From assembly GCA_013388925.1 (NCBI GenBank), contig JACAEJ010000036.1:4600-68599 (forward strand): a stretch of DNA of 64,000 nucleotides, in the 5' to 3' direction. Below the pieces are notes generated by a model, which was given only the letters and a program-made list of their open reading frames with translations, was not told the DNA's origin and searched no databases. A program made the translations under genes and the position numbers. The stretch's first letter is position 1. The number at the start of each line of letters is the position of its first letter. The DNA comes from Nitrososphaerales archaeon. Lineage in GTDB: Archaea; Thermoproteota; Nitrososphaeria; Nitrososphaerales; JACAEJ01. Positions 29,357-38,405 of this stretch are shown one piece after another.

Positions 29357-29743
29357 ATGCAGATAATAAGCCTCTCACTCCCTGAACCCCTCTTGGAAAG
29401 GCTCGATCTATGGAGGGAAGAAGCAGGCTTCGCGAGTAGGTCCGATGCAATAAGGGCAGCCCTTAGAACAAGTTTGACAGAGTACGAATCGGCAAAGAAT
29501 CTGAAGGGCAAGGCAGAAGCCACGATAACTGTGAGCTATGATGGGGAGAATGAACAAAGGATAGCAGACGCAAAACATGAATTCAATGATATCATTATAT
29601 CAACCATACATGCCCACACAAAAGATAACAGTAGGTGCATCGATGTAATGGTAGTTGATGGAAAAGTCGAAAGAGTAAAAGGTCTGGCAGATAGGCTGTC
29701 GGCAACGAAATACATAAGGATTGTAAAGACGGTCTTGTTATAA
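29357..29743 (+). CDS. nikR: NikR-like nickel-responsive ribbon-helix-helix regulator
   Basis: The N-terminal RHH is ISLSLPEPLLERLD...GFASRSDAIRAALR. The C-terminal metal-site pattern is HAHTKDNSRCIDV (HxH...C). Confidence 0.7.
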   Translation: MQIISLSLPEPLLERLDLWREEAGFASRSDAIRAALRTSLTEYESAKNLKGKAEATITVSYDGENEQRIADAKHEFNDIIISTIHAHTKDNSRCIDVMVVDGKVERVKGLADRLSATKYIRIVKTVLL

Positions 29744-29832
29744 AGGATACCAGATTACAGTTAAGAGCATCAAACATATATTAACCTATTCTTGGAACTA
29801 CTAAATTAAGTCTGAAGTAAAAGTGGACGGAC

Positions 29833-31026
29833 TTGAATGAACATAGAGTTCTCGTGTCATTCTCTGAAGATTTTGACGGTACTTCCAAAAACCGCCTTAC
29901 TCGGCATGTCTCAACCATCCTAAATGTCTCAGGGTTAGAGTCTTCTAGTAGAGAAATAAAGAAAGACTCCATCCTGATAGATGCAAAGGACCCTGTCAAG
30001 GTAGCTGAAGTTCTATCAAAGATACCAGGTGTAGATTACACCGCTGTGGTAGAAGTTGTGTCATCAAATTATGAAGACGTCGTTGAGGCCATGGCAAGAG
30101 CTGGAATAAGATTGGTCTACCCTCACGAAACTTTTTCCATAAGGGCTGACATAAGCGGTTCTTTGCCATATCGTAGTAGAGACATAGAATTCGCTACTGC
30201 CTCAAGGCTCATAGGAGAGCTTGGTGGAAAAGGTGTAAGACATTCTAAGAAGTCTGCTAAGGTGATATATGCTAAGATAGATAAAGAGATGGCCTGCACA
30301 TTCTATTACAAATACGATGGACCGGGAGGGAGACCAGTTGGTTCTCAAGGAAAAGCACTGTGCCTAATTTCAGGAGATAAAGATAGCGCTGCTGCAACTT
30401 GGATGATGGCTAGGCAAGGCATTCTTCCTAGTCTTCTCTTCTTTGATATTGGACCCTATGTTGATCATTCCTATGTTAAAAGAGCCATCACCATTGCTAC
30501 CCTTATAAGGGAGTTTCTGCCTTTTAGGAGATGCTATCTTACTGCGTTAAAGACCGACTCTGTCATAGACTCTTTAAAGCAAAGTTGCTCCAATGAAGTC
30601 TTGCCCTTTGTACTTAGGAGAATGGTCGTGCGCATCGCTTGTGCCTATGCGGATAGAATCGATGTGAGTTCTGTTGTCAGTGGAGAAAGTATGAGCAAAG
30701 ATGGCTTTCAAGATCTTTTGGATCTGCTCGAAGTATCTTCAAAATATAGAAAACAGATTCTTTTTCCTTTGGTTGGGTTGGGTGCTCAGGAGATAATGAA
30801 CTGCTCGAGGAGGATGGGAATTCCCGAATTCACATATGAGAACGAGGGATGGCTGAAGGTCTCTCCACGAGCATACGATAGAAGAGCCGTAATGGAGGCA
30901 GAGAATGGGTTAGATACGGACAGGCTTATCGAAGAAGTCTTGAGTAAAACCATAAGAATCGATCTAAAGAGCGGTTTCGATGATATACATGCCATTCTCG
31001 ACCATTACTTCTGTTCAAGAGTTTGA
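29833..31026 (+). CDS. ThiI-like protein (THUMP plus PP-loop ATPase architecture) with a degenerate PP-loop
   Basis: The length and order of domains fit ThiI, but the PP-loop position reads ISGDKDSAAA instead of SGGxDS. Confidence 0.5.
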   Translation: MNEHRVLVSFSEDFDGTSKNRLTRHVSTILNVSGLESSSREIKKDSILIDAKDPVKVAEVLSKIPGVDYTAVVEVVSSNYEDVVEAMARAGIRLVYPHETFSIRADISGSLPYRSRDIEFATASRLIGELGGKGVRHSKKSAKVIYAKIDKEMACTFYYKYDGPGGRPVGSQGKALCLISGDKDSAAATWMMARQGILPSLLFFDIGPYVDHSYVKRAITIATLIREFLPFRRCYLTALKTDSVIDSLKQSCSNEVLPFVLRRMVVRIACAYADRIDVSSVVSGESMSKDGFQDLLDLLEVSSKYRKQILFPLVGLGAQEIMNCSRRMGIPEFTYENEGWLKVSPRAYDRRAVMEAENGLDTDRLIEEVLSKTIRIDLKSGFDDIHAILDHYFCSRV

Positions 31027-31162
31027 TAAGCTTATATGTTTTGATAACTTCATCGAATAAGGCGAGCAATGAAGAGACTAGCCCTGGCGATTGATGAGCT
31101 CGATCTTGAGTTCTGAGCTCGCACAAAGGCTGGATATACTGGTAAAGATGGTGTCTTTAACT

Positions 31163-32302
31163 CTACAGAATTGCTCTCAAACGCTTTATCAGATTAAGAG
31201 ATTCTAATAACCCTTGACTTTGGGAGTCGTTCTTCAGCTTTCTCCTTATCCCTCCCATACTTCTAAGAGTCGATACTCCGCACTTACAACTCTTTTCGAC
31301 CAGATAAGATACATCCCTTGAACGAAATCTGATCAAGGGCATACCTGTCCTGCTCAGAGTGGTGAAAACCAATTCCCCTTCGTCTCCCAGTGCCAACGGC
31401 TCTTTTGATTTCACATCGACCACTTCATAGTAAAAGTCGGCTTCGTTCAGATGGAGGCCATTTTGATAGGGGCACTCTATGGCGTTAGCCATGCCAGCCT
31501 CCATAGTCCCATAATGGTCTATAGCATTGCAACCCCACGCTTTCTCAATCTCTTCCCTCATCGATTCGGTGAAGGGGTAAAAATCGCAACCTCTGCTCAA
31601 TACAATCGTTTTAACCCCTAGTTTTCTAAGGTCGTATCTCGAACTGACGGCTCTGGTCATCTTTACCAAGTACGGGTTGGAGCCCAATATCATCTTGGGT
31701 CTTGTATCGAGTATTTTCTTGACTTGTTCGTCGAAGTCTATTGCCCCTGTCGAAACAGGCTCTCCGCCTGCCCGTCTTACAGCCTCTTCAACAAGGTAGT
31801 TGCAACCCCATTCAGCCTCAAATGGGAAGACTATCTGAACGATATCATTGGCACCTACTCCCACCATCTTTAGAGCGGCAGAGATGGAATCTATGACATT
31901 CAACAGCTCATCCATTGTAAAGAAGATCCTCCTGAACCTTCCATCTGCTTCCTCTGATGTGAATCCCCTTAAGATGCCATCTTGGGTTATGCATGATATT
32001 AGGTATGGATTATCTAAAATATCCTTGGCAGTCGTAAATGGTATTCTGTGGAAGTCCTCAAAAGAATTGATTTCTTCAGGTAATATCCTCTTCTCTTCGA
32101 AGAGCTTCTTGTAGAAAAGGCTTCTATCGTATACATATCGAACCATCTCCTTGAGCCTATGCAGCTTATATCTCCCGAGATCGTTTTTGGTAATTTCATC
32201 TGAACCTTTTTTGTTTAAAAGCTCTTGGAAAGCCTTATCCCACTTGACTTTTTCTCTGATGCGCTGGTGTACCCATTCTTCAAATGGGTTCGAAGAAGGC
32301 AT
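31163..32302 (-). CDS. Phenylacetate-CoA ligase / coenzyme F390 synthetase-like adenylate-forming enzyme
   Basis: It shows the PaaK-family pattern (HRIPFTTAKDI, FTSEEADG, HYGTMEAG, short C-terminal domain). This is a family-level call only. Confidence 0.5.
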   Translation of the reverse strand: MPSSNPFEEWVHQRIREKVKWDKAFQELLNKKGSDEITKNDLGRYKLHRLKEMVRYVYDRSLFYKKLFEEKRILPEEINSFEDFHRIPFTTAKDILDNPYLISCITQDGILRGFTSEEADGRFRRIFFTMDELLNVIDSISAALKMVGVGANDIVQIVFPFEAEWGCNYLVEEAVRRAGGEPVSTGAIDFDEQVKKILDTRPKMILGSNPYLVKMTRAVSSRYDLRKLGVKTIVLSRGCDFYPFTESMREEIEKAWGCNAIDHYGTMEAGMANAIECPYQNGLHLNEADFYYEVVDVKSKEPLALGDEGELVFTTLSRTGMPLIRFRSRDVSYLVEKSCKCGVSTLRSMGGIRRKLKNDSQSQGLLESLNLIKRLRAIL

Positions 32303-32418
32303 CTCGAACCGAAAATAATATCACTGTATATTTTAATCTTTATCAAGAAACCCTCCTATATTCATCTCCCAAAGGTTGAAATACATGCGAAGAGTCAAGT
32401 CCAAGTAGATGTCCCTAT

Positions 32419-33192
32419 TTGAATTGGGAAGAAGTCTCCAGCTCTATTAGAAAATACACATGCCTGTCTTCACATCCCGTCGCCATCGGGCTATTTGGGA
32501 GAATGGAAGACATACCCAACCTCTCATCCATTAGGTACATTGGAAGAAGAACGAACGTATGCCAGATGATACCAATAGCAAGATACAGCAAGGATGCGAG
32601 TGCTGTCTATACCTTTAGAGAAAACATCGCCTGTTTATTTGGAGCGGCATGCCTTGGGCTAATAAAGACTCCTAATAGGTTTGCTGATGGATCAATCTAC
32701 ATGGATTTTGCGAAAGACAAAGTAGCTGCATTAAGACTACAACAATCGGTTGCCACTCTCGGGAGGGATGGAAGAAAGTATGAAGCTATTGTATGTGCGC
32801 CCCTCGAGGCAACCCCCATCGAACCTCAGGTAATAGTAACTTATGTGTCGCCGGCTCAGGTGCTGAGGCTGATCATAGCTTCTGCCTATCGTACAGGGGA
32901 GAGTATAGAAGCCAGAACTGTCGGTCAGGCTTCAGTGTGCTCGAGCATCGCCAAGGCTATTCTCACAAAGAAACCCAATATAGAGATACCTTGCATAGGC
33001 GACAGAGTCTTTGGGTACGTTCAAGACCATGAAATGGTCTTCTCCTTTCCGGCAGAATTTGCAGAACAACTGATCGAGGGATTGAAGGCAACGGAGCGTT
33101 CAGCATCCTATCCCTACAATCCATTCTTGGAGAGGTTCATAATAATGCCAAATATTCAATGGGAGACGAGCCGAGAAGATCTGGACCTTTAG
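32419..33192 (+). CDS. DUF169 (COG2043) family protein
   Basis: HPVAIGLF...VCQMIPIARY...ACLFGAACLGL resembles the DUF169 consensus as remembered. The start is TTG and is uncertain. Confidence 0.5.
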   Translation: MNWEEVSSSIRKYTCLSSHPVAIGLFGRMEDIPNLSSIRYIGRRTNVCQMIPIARYSKDASAVYTFRENIACLFGAACLGLIKTPNRFADGSIYMDFAKDKVAALRLQQSVATLGRDGRKYEAIVCAPLEATPIEPQVIVTYVSPAQVLRLIIASAYRTGESIEARTVGQASVCSSIAKAILTKKPNIEIPCIGDRVFGYVQDHEMVFSFPAEFAEQLIEGLKATERSASYPYNPFLERFIIMPNIQWETSREDLDL

Positions 33193-33231
33193 AGAATCAA
33201 TAAGTTTAATAGGCAAAATGCAAAAATATTT

Positions 33232-33531
33232 TTGCACTTGGAGAGAAAGCTAGAGTATATGTTCCGAAGGCTATTGGAGAGGCTAGGAGATAGGGCCTTT
33301 ACCATGATTCTCGAGAGAATCTATAATCTCGTTATAATGGAGAGGGAGCCGGCATTAAATATTGTACAGAAGTTAGACTCTAGACCAGGTAGGAAGAGTA
33401 AGGTTAAGAAGTATCTTGAATTGGGAGATACCGCTCTAACTTTGAGCCTCCTCAAAGATGACTTTCGGAATGGGTTGATAAGCAGAAGAACATATTTTAG
33501 TGCAAAGAGAAAGATAAAACAACTAACCTAG
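33232..33531 (+). CDS. Hypothetical basic protein
   Basis: ORF evidence only. It has a TTG start with an alternative ATG at 33259, and no motif was recognised. Confidence 0.3.
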   Translation: MHLERKLEYMFRRLLERLGDRAFTMILERIYNLVIMEREPALNIVQKLDSRPGRKSKVKKYLELGDTALTLSLLKDDFRNGLISRRTYFSAKRKIKQLT

Positions 33532-33594
33532 AAAATAACGGAGTTAATTCACAAGTCTTATATAAAGGAAATCGCATTGATTTGCCGACTTATC

Positions 33595-34758
33595 ATGAGC
33601 TATCAACCAACCGTTCCTTTAGACAAACTACCTTCTATGTTCGTACCACATAGCGTCGATTCCCATAAGAAATGGCACACAAGCGCTGTATTACGCTTTG
33701 CGTCTCCCTTCGTCGACGTATTCAAGGATAGGATAGACTTTGACCCCATAGTAATGGCACACGCAACCACTTTGCTTGGATATACGAATAGAGACTTCTA
33801 CGAATTTCCTGAAATAGCCGTCCAATGTGTAGCATACTTCAATGAGCTTTTCGATCTCCTACCAGTGGCCCACTTCTTCTACTCCAACGTATTCTTGGAG
33901 AAGTATGGCGTCAAGTTGCAAACGACTAATACGCTCCCATGGATAGCTGTGGGAGATAGGCCCATTAAGACCCCTGAAGATGCCGATAGGATACCGAAGT
34001 TTGAAAAGGAGGATTTGAGCCCAGACAAATGCAAGACTACAGAGTTGCACTGGAGGGCATTCGACTACGAACAGAAGAACATACCCGATATGATGCTACC
34101 TATGCACAATGTCTTCTGTCTATTCTCCATGGCAGCTGAATTGGTAGGTCCAGAGAAGTTCATCACATGGACTATGAGGCAGCCAAAGGCCTGCCACAAG
34201 GTCCTTGACTCTCTTGCCTATACCAGTGCGAACGGGGCATCGGTCACAGCAGATAAGTATGGGTTCAACATGATGGTCATAGGAAGCGTTCTTGCGAACA
34301 CTACAGTCCTCCCACCAAAGTATGTAAAGGAGTTCTCCTTCAACCACCAGAGGGACTTCGTAAGGAAGGCTCTTGCAGGTGGCGGTGGCCCTCAGCTATG
34401 GTACCACCTATGTGGAGATCACTCAAAGGACTATCCAATGTGGAGGGATGTACTGACCACGCCCTTCACAGTCATACACATAGGATACCATGGTGACAAC
34501 GAATTCCCAGGAGATCTACTGAAGAAAGAATTCGGCAACAGAATGTCCCTCCTCACCACTATAGATGGGAAGAAGATGATAGAGCCGAACTTCGCATGGG
34601 CTTACGAAGCAAGCAAGAAACAACTCCTTGGTGGAAGAGACTCTCCGAGAGGATGCATACTGGGAACTACTTGTGAGACACCACTTATTACCAACCCAGG
34701 TTGTACGCTGGCCGCGGTGAAGGCGTGTAAGGACTACGGGACATATGGGACATGGTGA
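33595..34758 (+). CDS. Uroporphyrinogen decarboxylase (URO-D)/MtaA-CmuA-like family protein
   Basis: WYHLCGDH resembles the H-x-C zinc motif of MtaA (VLHICGN), and the later GTTCETP resembles APGCGI. The ATG at 33595 lies about 30 nt downstream of a TATA-like CTTATATAAAGG; the track start was 33577. Confidence 0.45.
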   Translation: MSYQPTVPLDKLPSMFVPHSVDSHKKWHTSAVLRFASPFVDVFKDRIDFDPIVMAHATTLLGYTNRDFYEFPEIAVQCVAYFNELFDLLPVAHFFYSNVFLEKYGVKLQTTNTLPWIAVGDRPIKTPEDADRIPKFEKEDLSPDKCKTTELHWRAFDYEQKNIPDMMLPMHNVFCLFSMAAELVGPEKFITWTMRQPKACHKVLDSLAYTSANGASVTADKYGFNMMVIGSVLANTTVLPPKYVKEFSFNHQRDFVRKALAGGGGPQLWYHLCGDHSKDYPMWRDVLTTPFTVIHIGYHGDNEFPGDLLKKEFGNRMSLLTTIDGKKMIEPNFAWAYEASKKQLLGGRDSPRGCILGTTCETPLITNPGCTLAAVKACKDYGTYGTW

Positions 34759-35245
34759 GAGAAAGATGGTAATGATAGAAGTTATAGTTCCAAAAGATAT
34801 TGAGGGTGCCCTCGCCCAAAAGGGCATCTCAACAGACATGTGCAAAAGAGCAATCTTCGAAGCAGAAGACAAGAATAGGAAGTTTTTCAATAAAGCCACA
34901 GGCGAGAACATGGTGAAGAAGATCACGGACAATTTGACTGTATACGTCATATATGCCCCTGTTGCTCCTGAAAAGCCAAGTGTACTGAGTGTCAAGAAGG
35001 TATACAGCCACAAGATGCGCATGAAGAACCTAGTCTATACGATGCCAGAAGAAGTGAAGGACTGGTGGTGTGTTAAGGACAACTGCCCGACCGTTCGTGG
35101 ACAGTGGGATCTGGAGTACATGAACGTTACCAGAATGGCCCCAACTCTTACGTGCCCCCAGTGCCAAGAGAGCTATGTGGAAGAGGATATAGCTGGAAAG
35201 CCAGTCGCTGTAGCAGAGATGCTCTTCGAAAAGAAGAGAGCATAA
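34745..35245 (+). CDS. Hypothetical protein with a C-terminal CxxxxC...CxxC zinc ribbon
   Basis: It overlaps the upstream gene by 14 nt, suggesting coupling. Cys pairs are CVKDNC ... CPQC. Confidence 0.4.
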   Translation: MGHGERKMVMIEVIVPKDIEGALAQKGISTDMCKRAIFEAEDKNRKFFNKATGENMVKKITDNLTVYVIYAPVAPEKPSVLSVKKVYSHKMRMKNLVYTMPEEVKDWWCVKDNCPTVRGQWDLEYMNVTRMAPTLTCPQCQESYVEEDIAGKPVAVAEMLFEKKRA

Positions 35246-35251
35246 AAAGGC

Positions 35252-35279
35252 ATCCCCCCTTTTATTTTTTATTTTATTT
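35252..35279 (+). terminator. Candidate archaeal terminator (ATCCCCCCT followed by T-rich tracts)
   Basis: ATCCCCCCTTTTATTTTTTATTTTATTT starts 7 nt after the stop at 35245. Confidence 0.35.
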
Positions 35280-35327
35280 CTCAAGATATCTTTAAATAGA
35301 GTAGTTGATCAATAATAACGGTCTATC

Positions 35328-35705
35328 ATGAAGACTCCTCAGTTGAGGAAGTATTATGAAGAAAAAAGGAGAGATTTTGATGTTCATCGATCCTTCCATG
35401 AAACCCCTACCTGCTTCCATCAGGTAGATCCAACTGGGATGGTTTGGAAGACTGCAAAGCTTGTAAAATGCCCTGAATGTAATGCCGAGTTTAGCCTACT
35501 ATGGTCCCGGGCCGTAAGTTGCACGGGCTGTCCCGACAGTGTTCGAGGTTGTGAACTTGCCAGGTGCCCAAAGTGTGACACAGAGTGGGACCTTAGGACC
35601 TTACGCATCGTATATTCAAAGTTTGACAGAAGACGAGTAGCTATGAGGGCCAATAAAGTGATCTCGGAGTACTGTAAAGATCTGGGCGAAAGCCCATTTA
35701 AGTAA
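35328..35705 (+). CDS. Cys-rich double zinc-ribbon protein
   Basis: CPECNAEF...CTGCPDS...CELARCPKCD give several CxxC pairs. I recognised no family. Confidence 0.4.
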   Translation: MKTPQLRKYYEEKRRDFDVHRSFHETPTCFHQVDPTGMVWKTAKLVKCPECNAEFSLLWSRAVSCTGCPDSVRGCELARCPKCDTEWDLRTLRIVYSKFDRRRVAMRANKVISEYCKDLGESPFK

Positions 35706-35780
35706 TTGTAAGAAATTTTTGTGCTACTACCTCATCTTTTAAAAGTATTTAAGATCGGTTTATCGTTTTATCGGTCTGAT

Positions 35781-37154
35781 ATGATTATAGGTGAAACTGA
35801 AAGCCTCTGTCCAGTATGCTTAAGAAGGATCCCAGCTCAGAAGATCGCCGAGAATGATAATGTATTCCTTGAAAAATCCTGTCCAGACCATGGGAGTTTC
35901 AAGACCATCATATGGAGAGGATTAACTTCATACCTCGATAGTTCAAGGTTCAACGTCAAGAGGGCTAGGCCCAAGATAACTATCACAGAATCCAATATTG
36001 GTTGTCCTTTCGACTGTGGGCTCTGCCCCATTCATAAGCAACGCACTTGCGTCTCAGTTTTAGAGGTAACGAATAGATGTAACTTGAACTGTCCATACTG
36101 TTTCGCAAGTGCAAGAAGATATGACTTCGATCCAGACATTCAGACCATCAAGGGTATGTATGAGACGTTGCTAAAGAATTGCCCCAAACCTATCTGCGTT
36201 CAGATAAGTGGTGGTGAACCCACGATGAGAGACGATCTCCCAGATATAGTTGCTATGGGAAAGGAGATGGGCATCGATTACATAGAGTTGAACACCAACG
36301 CTGTGAGGCTGGGTAAGGACCTCAAGCACTTCAAGGAGTTGAAAGAGAAGGGAGTAGACGCTTTATACTTCTCTTTTGACGGCTTGACCAGAGATGTATA
36401 TGAGAAGAGGTGTGGTGTCGACCTTCTTGATATCAAGCTCAAGGCTCTCGAAAACTGTTCGAAGTTAGAGATGGGCGTAGTACTTGTACCTGTGATCGAG
36501 AGGGGGATCAACTACGATCAGATAGGCGACATAATACGCTTTGCCAAGAAGTGGGTCCCAACCGTTAATGGTGTTCATTTCCAGCCTGTAAGCTATTTTG
36601 GTAGATACTCTAGTATGCCGAACAACCAAGATAGACTGACTCTACCAGATATCCTCAAAGCTATAGAAACTCAGACTGGAGGAGAGCTGAAGGTTGAGAA
36701 CTTCACGCCTACTTCATGTCCTAATGTCCATTGTGATGCCAGAAGTTATTCTGTTGTCTTGGAGGATAGCAAACTCCTGCCTCTTACAAGCAATCTCTCC
36801 TGCCCATCTTGTAACATAGAAGACATATCGAAGAAGACTCGTGATGCGATCAAGGACCTTTGGAAGTTCCCAGAAGAATCCATCGTGGATCAGCTAGGCT
36901 TAGGGGGTGATCCATCAATGTGTGGATGTGAGGCAGGAACTTGGATGGACCTGATCGCAAGGATGTCAAAGAACTACCTGACGATTTCGACCATGGCTTT
37001 TCAAGACGTATGGAATGTAGAAATGGAGAGAGTTCAAGAGTGCTGTATACACGTTGTCACCCCGGACAAGAAACTCGTACCCTTCTGCATGTTCAATATT
37101 ACAAGCATGGATGGGAAGTCTCTTTATAGAGAGAACGCTCTCTCAAAGACCTAG
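35781..37154 (+). CDS. Radical SAM enzyme, COG1964 / MJ0619 family (tetraether lipid synthase Tes-type; also annotated as a pterin methylase)
   Basis: The N-terminal rubredoxin-like motif is CPVCLRR...SCPDHG and the radical SAM motif is CNLNCPYCF, with additional C-terminal Cys clusters. The ORF track starts at 35721; the ATG at 35781 (MIIGETESLCPVC) is more plausible. Confidence 0.65.
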   Translation: MIIGETESLCPVCLRRIPAQKIAENDNVFLEKSCPDHGSFKTIIWRGLTSYLDSSRFNVKRARPKITITESNIGCPFDCGLCPIHKQRTCVSVLEVTNRCNLNCPYCFASARRYDFDPDIQTIKGMYETLLKNCPKPICVQISGGEPTMRDDLPDIVAMGKEMGIDYIELNTNAVRLGKDLKHFKELKEKGVDALYFSFDGLTRDVYEKRCGVDLLDIKLKALENCSKLEMGVVLVPVIERGINYDQIGDIIRFAKKWVPTVNGVHFQPVSYFGRYSSMPNNQDRLTLPDILKAIETQTGGELKVENFTPTSCPNVHCDARSYSVVLEDSKLLPLTSNLSCPSCNIEDISKKTRDAIKDLWKFPEESIVDQLGLGGDPSMCGCEAGTWMDLIARMSKNYLTISTMAFQDVWNVEMERVQECCIHVVTPDKKLVPFCMFNITSMDGKSLYRENALSKT

Positions 37155-37221
37155 CAAGGAATCAACCAAAATCATCCGAGAGTTCAAATAGCCCTTCAGG
37201 GTATCTTATCACGAGGTAGAT

Positions 37222-37746
37222 GTGGTGAACAAGGTCGAGCCCATTCATGCTCATGGATTCTTTTGGGTCTCAAGAGATGGCGTAGTGAATCAGACCATCG
37301 TGTTCGATTATTACGATAAGAAGGGATACTATGCTTCTCTCCTACACAAGCCCGATGAATATAAGCAGGAGATGACAAAACTCTTTCACTCTATGCAAGG
37401 CTTTCTCTATCAAGAGAAGACGATAATAAACGGGATCAAATGCCGACCAAAATTGCTCACAGTAAGTCTCGACCATAGAGGTTCAGAAAGACTTCCGTGT
37501 GTTACATTTCCAATAACCTTCAAAAGCCATGTGAAAATTGGGAGAAATGTCTATGAGAATTTCTACGAAGAAGGTAAGGCCGAATATGATTATGAAGCCT
37601 ATTGGGTCTTCCCTAGAAGAACAAAGATTCTTGAATTCGAATCTTCGATGGAGTATGAAATCGTCGCCAAGAATATTCTTATTGTGAGGGCGAGGAGGGG
37701 AGATGAATACTCTGGTTATGAGAAGATCATATTCTGTATGAAGTAG
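37222..37746 (+). CDS. Hypothetical protein
   Basis: A 174-aa ORF directly downstream of the radical SAM gene. No motif was recognised. Confidence 0.4.
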   Translation: MVNKVEPIHAHGFFWVSRDGVVNQTIVFDYYDKKGYYASLLHKPDEYKQEMTKLFHSMQGFLYQEKTIINGIKCRPKLLTVSLDHRGSERLPCVTFPITFKSHVKIGRNVYENFYEEGKAEYDYEAYWVFPRRTKILEFESSMEYEIVAKNILIVRARRGDEYSGYEKIIFCMK

Positions 37747-37766
37747 AAGCTAGATAAGCAACATAC

Positions 37767-38129
37767 TTACTCCGCTAGACTTATTATGATATAAGAGGAT
37801 AGGACGTAAAGAGATATGCCCAGAGCAATAGCTTTGTAAAAACCTATCTTTGGCATCAAGAAGATGAAGACGAGTAGATAAAGTATCCACGCAGGGGTTA
37901 GGAAAACCAAGCCCTTTGCGTAAGAAAGAGTTGTATCTAAACCAGATTCTAAGTATATTATCAAGAAGGTGGTAAAGGTCACTGAAGGAAAGAGCGCTAT
38001 GAAAGCTGCCAAAAGACCCTTTCCTTCACTACTTATAAATACGGTAGCGCTGACCACTATTCCTCCAATGATAAAGTAAAGCAGAAAAAGGTCAACGTGC
38101 AATCTTTTGTTCCTCACAGCTCTAAACAT
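37767..38129 (-). CDS. Small integral membrane protein (4 TM)
   Basis: The 120-aa product has four hydrophobic helices. It lacks the CrcB GGxTTFSTF motif, so I do not call it CrcB. Confidence 0.5.
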   Translation of the reverse strand: MFRAVRNKRLHVDLFLLYFIIGGIVVSATVFISSEGKGLLAAFIALFPSVTFTTFLIIYLESGLDTTLSYAKGLVFLTPAWILYLLVFIFLMPKIGFYKAIALGISLYVLSSYIIISLAE

Positions 38130-38177
38130 ACATCGATAAGTATTATGGCTTTCTCTTCCTGGGAAGATCTCAAATGG

Positions 38178-38405
38178 CAGCCCAGCTCTCGGAGTGGATG
38201 TGGCTTTCCAATCTGATGGTGCATGTGGTCTTTACTCCCACACCGTCTTAGTGGTTGGCCCTCATCTAATCGCGGTGGAAAGCCTTACGGTTTCCCGTAA
38301 GCATCACATCATCGCGACCAAACGACCGTCAACCCGACGACACGCCAAGGCTTCCCCTGACATGCAAGCTTGATCGGCAGACCCACACCTTTTCCGGCTG
38401 GGCTG
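38178..38405. ncRNA. Unclassified structured RNA candidate (about 228 nt, GC-rich, closed by a 9-bp terminal helix); strand unresolved
   Basis: The 358-nt gap has no ORF. CAGCCCAGC (38178-86) pairs with GCUGGGCUG (38397-405). GCUUUCC (38203-09) pairs with GGAAAGC (38277-83). A perfect 7-bp hairpin spans 38284-38301, with loop UUUC on the plus strand and GAAA on the minus strand. Another hairpin pairs 38224-28 with 38238-42. Confidence 0.4.

Noticed and set aside
33595-34758. The UroD/MtaA-like gene as part of a corrinoid methyltransferase system with pyrrolysine recoding.
   Set aside because: There is no in-frame TAG, and no corrinoid-binding protein (DxHxxG) or activase gene nearby. Only the fold-level call is retained.
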